From an uncultured Desulfospira sp. (GTDB taxonomy: Bacteria > Desulfobacterota > Desulfobacteria > Desulfobacterales > Desulfobacteraceae): a DNA stretch of 64,000 nt. A program made the position numbers and the translations under genes. Below, one piece after another: positions 63,069-64,000 of the stretch. The notes beneath the pieces were generated by a model. It was not told the DNA's origin and did no database searches. It saw only the letters and a list, made by a program, of their open reading frames with translations. The stretch lies in the NCBI GenBank assembly GCA_963663165.1, contig OY760175.1, positions 2,400,001-2,464,000 of the forward strand, read 5' to 3'. Positions within the stretch are counted from its first letter, which is position 1, and every line of letters starts with the position of its first letter.

Positions 63069-64000
63069 TTGAGACTGATCATATTGAAGCGGAACAGGAC
63101 AGCGGGGCTGGCAGGACTGGCGGTTCTGGTTGCCGGAGCCGCCTGTTTCTGTATGGGAACCGGGGCCAAACATATCCCTGCCGTCATGGTGGGAAAGACC
63201 ATTTTTTCACACGTTTTCGGAATTCCGGACGGGTCTGAAATCTCCCCTATTTTTCATACCATTATCTGGAACATCAGGGCCCCAAGGACCCTTCTGGCCA
63301 TCATGACGGGCATCTGCCTGGCTGCGTCCGGGGCGGTTTTCCAGGGGTGCTTTAAAAACCCCCTGGTGGAGCCCTATATTCTGGGCACCTCCTCCGGGGC
63401 CGCATTCGGAGCTGCCTTGGGGATCATGTTCCCCTCTTTTTTCATGTCTGTCCAGGTGCTGGCATTTGTCTTTGCCTTTCTGGCCGTCGGGGTTGCCTAT
63501 TCCATGGCAAGATCAAGGGGAGAAGCCCCCCTGGTCAACCTGATCCTTTCGGGCATCATCACCGGATCGGTGTTCACGGCCCTGGTGGGCATTGTCAAGT
63601 ATATGGCCCGGGATGAGGCCCTGCGGGAAATAGTGTTCTGGCTCATGGGCGGGTTTTACTATGCCGGGTGGCGGGATGTCCTTTTAATACTGCCCGTGGC
63701 CCTGGCCGGATTTTTCTTTTTATGGGCTGCCGGCTGGAAGATCAATGTGCTGTCCATGGGGGACAAAGAAGCCCGGGCCCTTGGCATTGATCCGGAAAAA
63801 AACAAGTTCATCTTCATCACCCTGTCCACCCTGATGACGGCGGCCGCCGTATCCTCAGTGGGCATTATTCCCTGGGTGGGGCTGATGATTCCCCATGGGG
63901 CCAGGCTCATCTTCGGGCCGGACCACCGGGTGGTTCTGCCGGCATCCGCCCTTTTAGGGGCATTGTATCTGCTAATCTGCGACACCATTGCCAGAACCCT
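63069..64000 (+). CDS. FecCD/BtuC-family metal-chelate ABC permease (runs off the window end; absent from the ORF track)
   Basis: Translated from TTG 63069: IIWNIRAPR...GAVFQGCFKNPLVEPYILGTSSGA...GIIPWVGLMIPH. Confidence 0.9.
   Translation, partial: MRLIILKRNRTAGLAGLAVLVAGAACFCMGTGAKHIPAVMVGKTIFSHVFGIPDGSEISPIFHTIIWNIRAPRTLLAIMTGICLAASGAVFQGCFKNPLVEPYILGTSSGAAFGAALGIMFPSFFMSVQVLAFVFAFLAVGVAYSMARSRGEAPLVNLILSGIITGSVFTALVGIVKYMARDEALREIVFWLMGGFYYAGWRDVLLILPVALAGFFFLWAAGWKINVLSMGDKEARALGIDPEKNKFIFITLSTLMTAAAVSSVGIIPWVGLMIPHGARLIFGPDHRVVLPASALLGALYLLICDTIART

Overview
A 64-kb chromosomal window. The tetrahaem cytochrome c3/Tmc-like genes suggest a sulfate-reducing deltaproteobacterium (Desulfobacteraceae-like; this is inference). 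Core-like genes include typA, ygiQ, fabG, a SlyB-like lipoprotein, ABC transporters and a hybrid kinase / HD-GYP / CheY-like signalling cluster. These are interleaved with accessory material: three TonB-dependent receptor modules with AraC regulators, methyltransferases or YbtPQ-like ABC proteins; four type II toxin-antitoxin pairs; an ISAzo13-family IS that interrupts a secreted-protein gene in frame; a complete group II intron; an Ig-repeat surface protein; and an autotransporter. The most notable observations are: (1) an operon joining a Tmc-like cytochrome b / short Fe-S protein / cytochrome c3 module to MetV-MetF, a candidate membrane-coupled methylene-THF reductase; (2) four copies of a ~92-nt element whose alternative stems covary in three segments; (3) a MITE family (TIR CAGGGCAATCGCAT, 10-bp target duplications) with variable REP-like cargo, one copy carrying the group II intron; (4) attC-like sites behind two TA modules, both ending at the edge of a 107-bp duplication; (5) a stand-alone CNF1/BLF1-like deamidase candidate; (6) a PAS-LuxR regulator with an extra ChiS-like DNA-binding domain; and (7) a dual-hairpin/terminator leader before a FecCD permease. 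No rRNA, tRNA or CRISPR array was seen. All family assignments are from motif recognition by eye; no database search was run.
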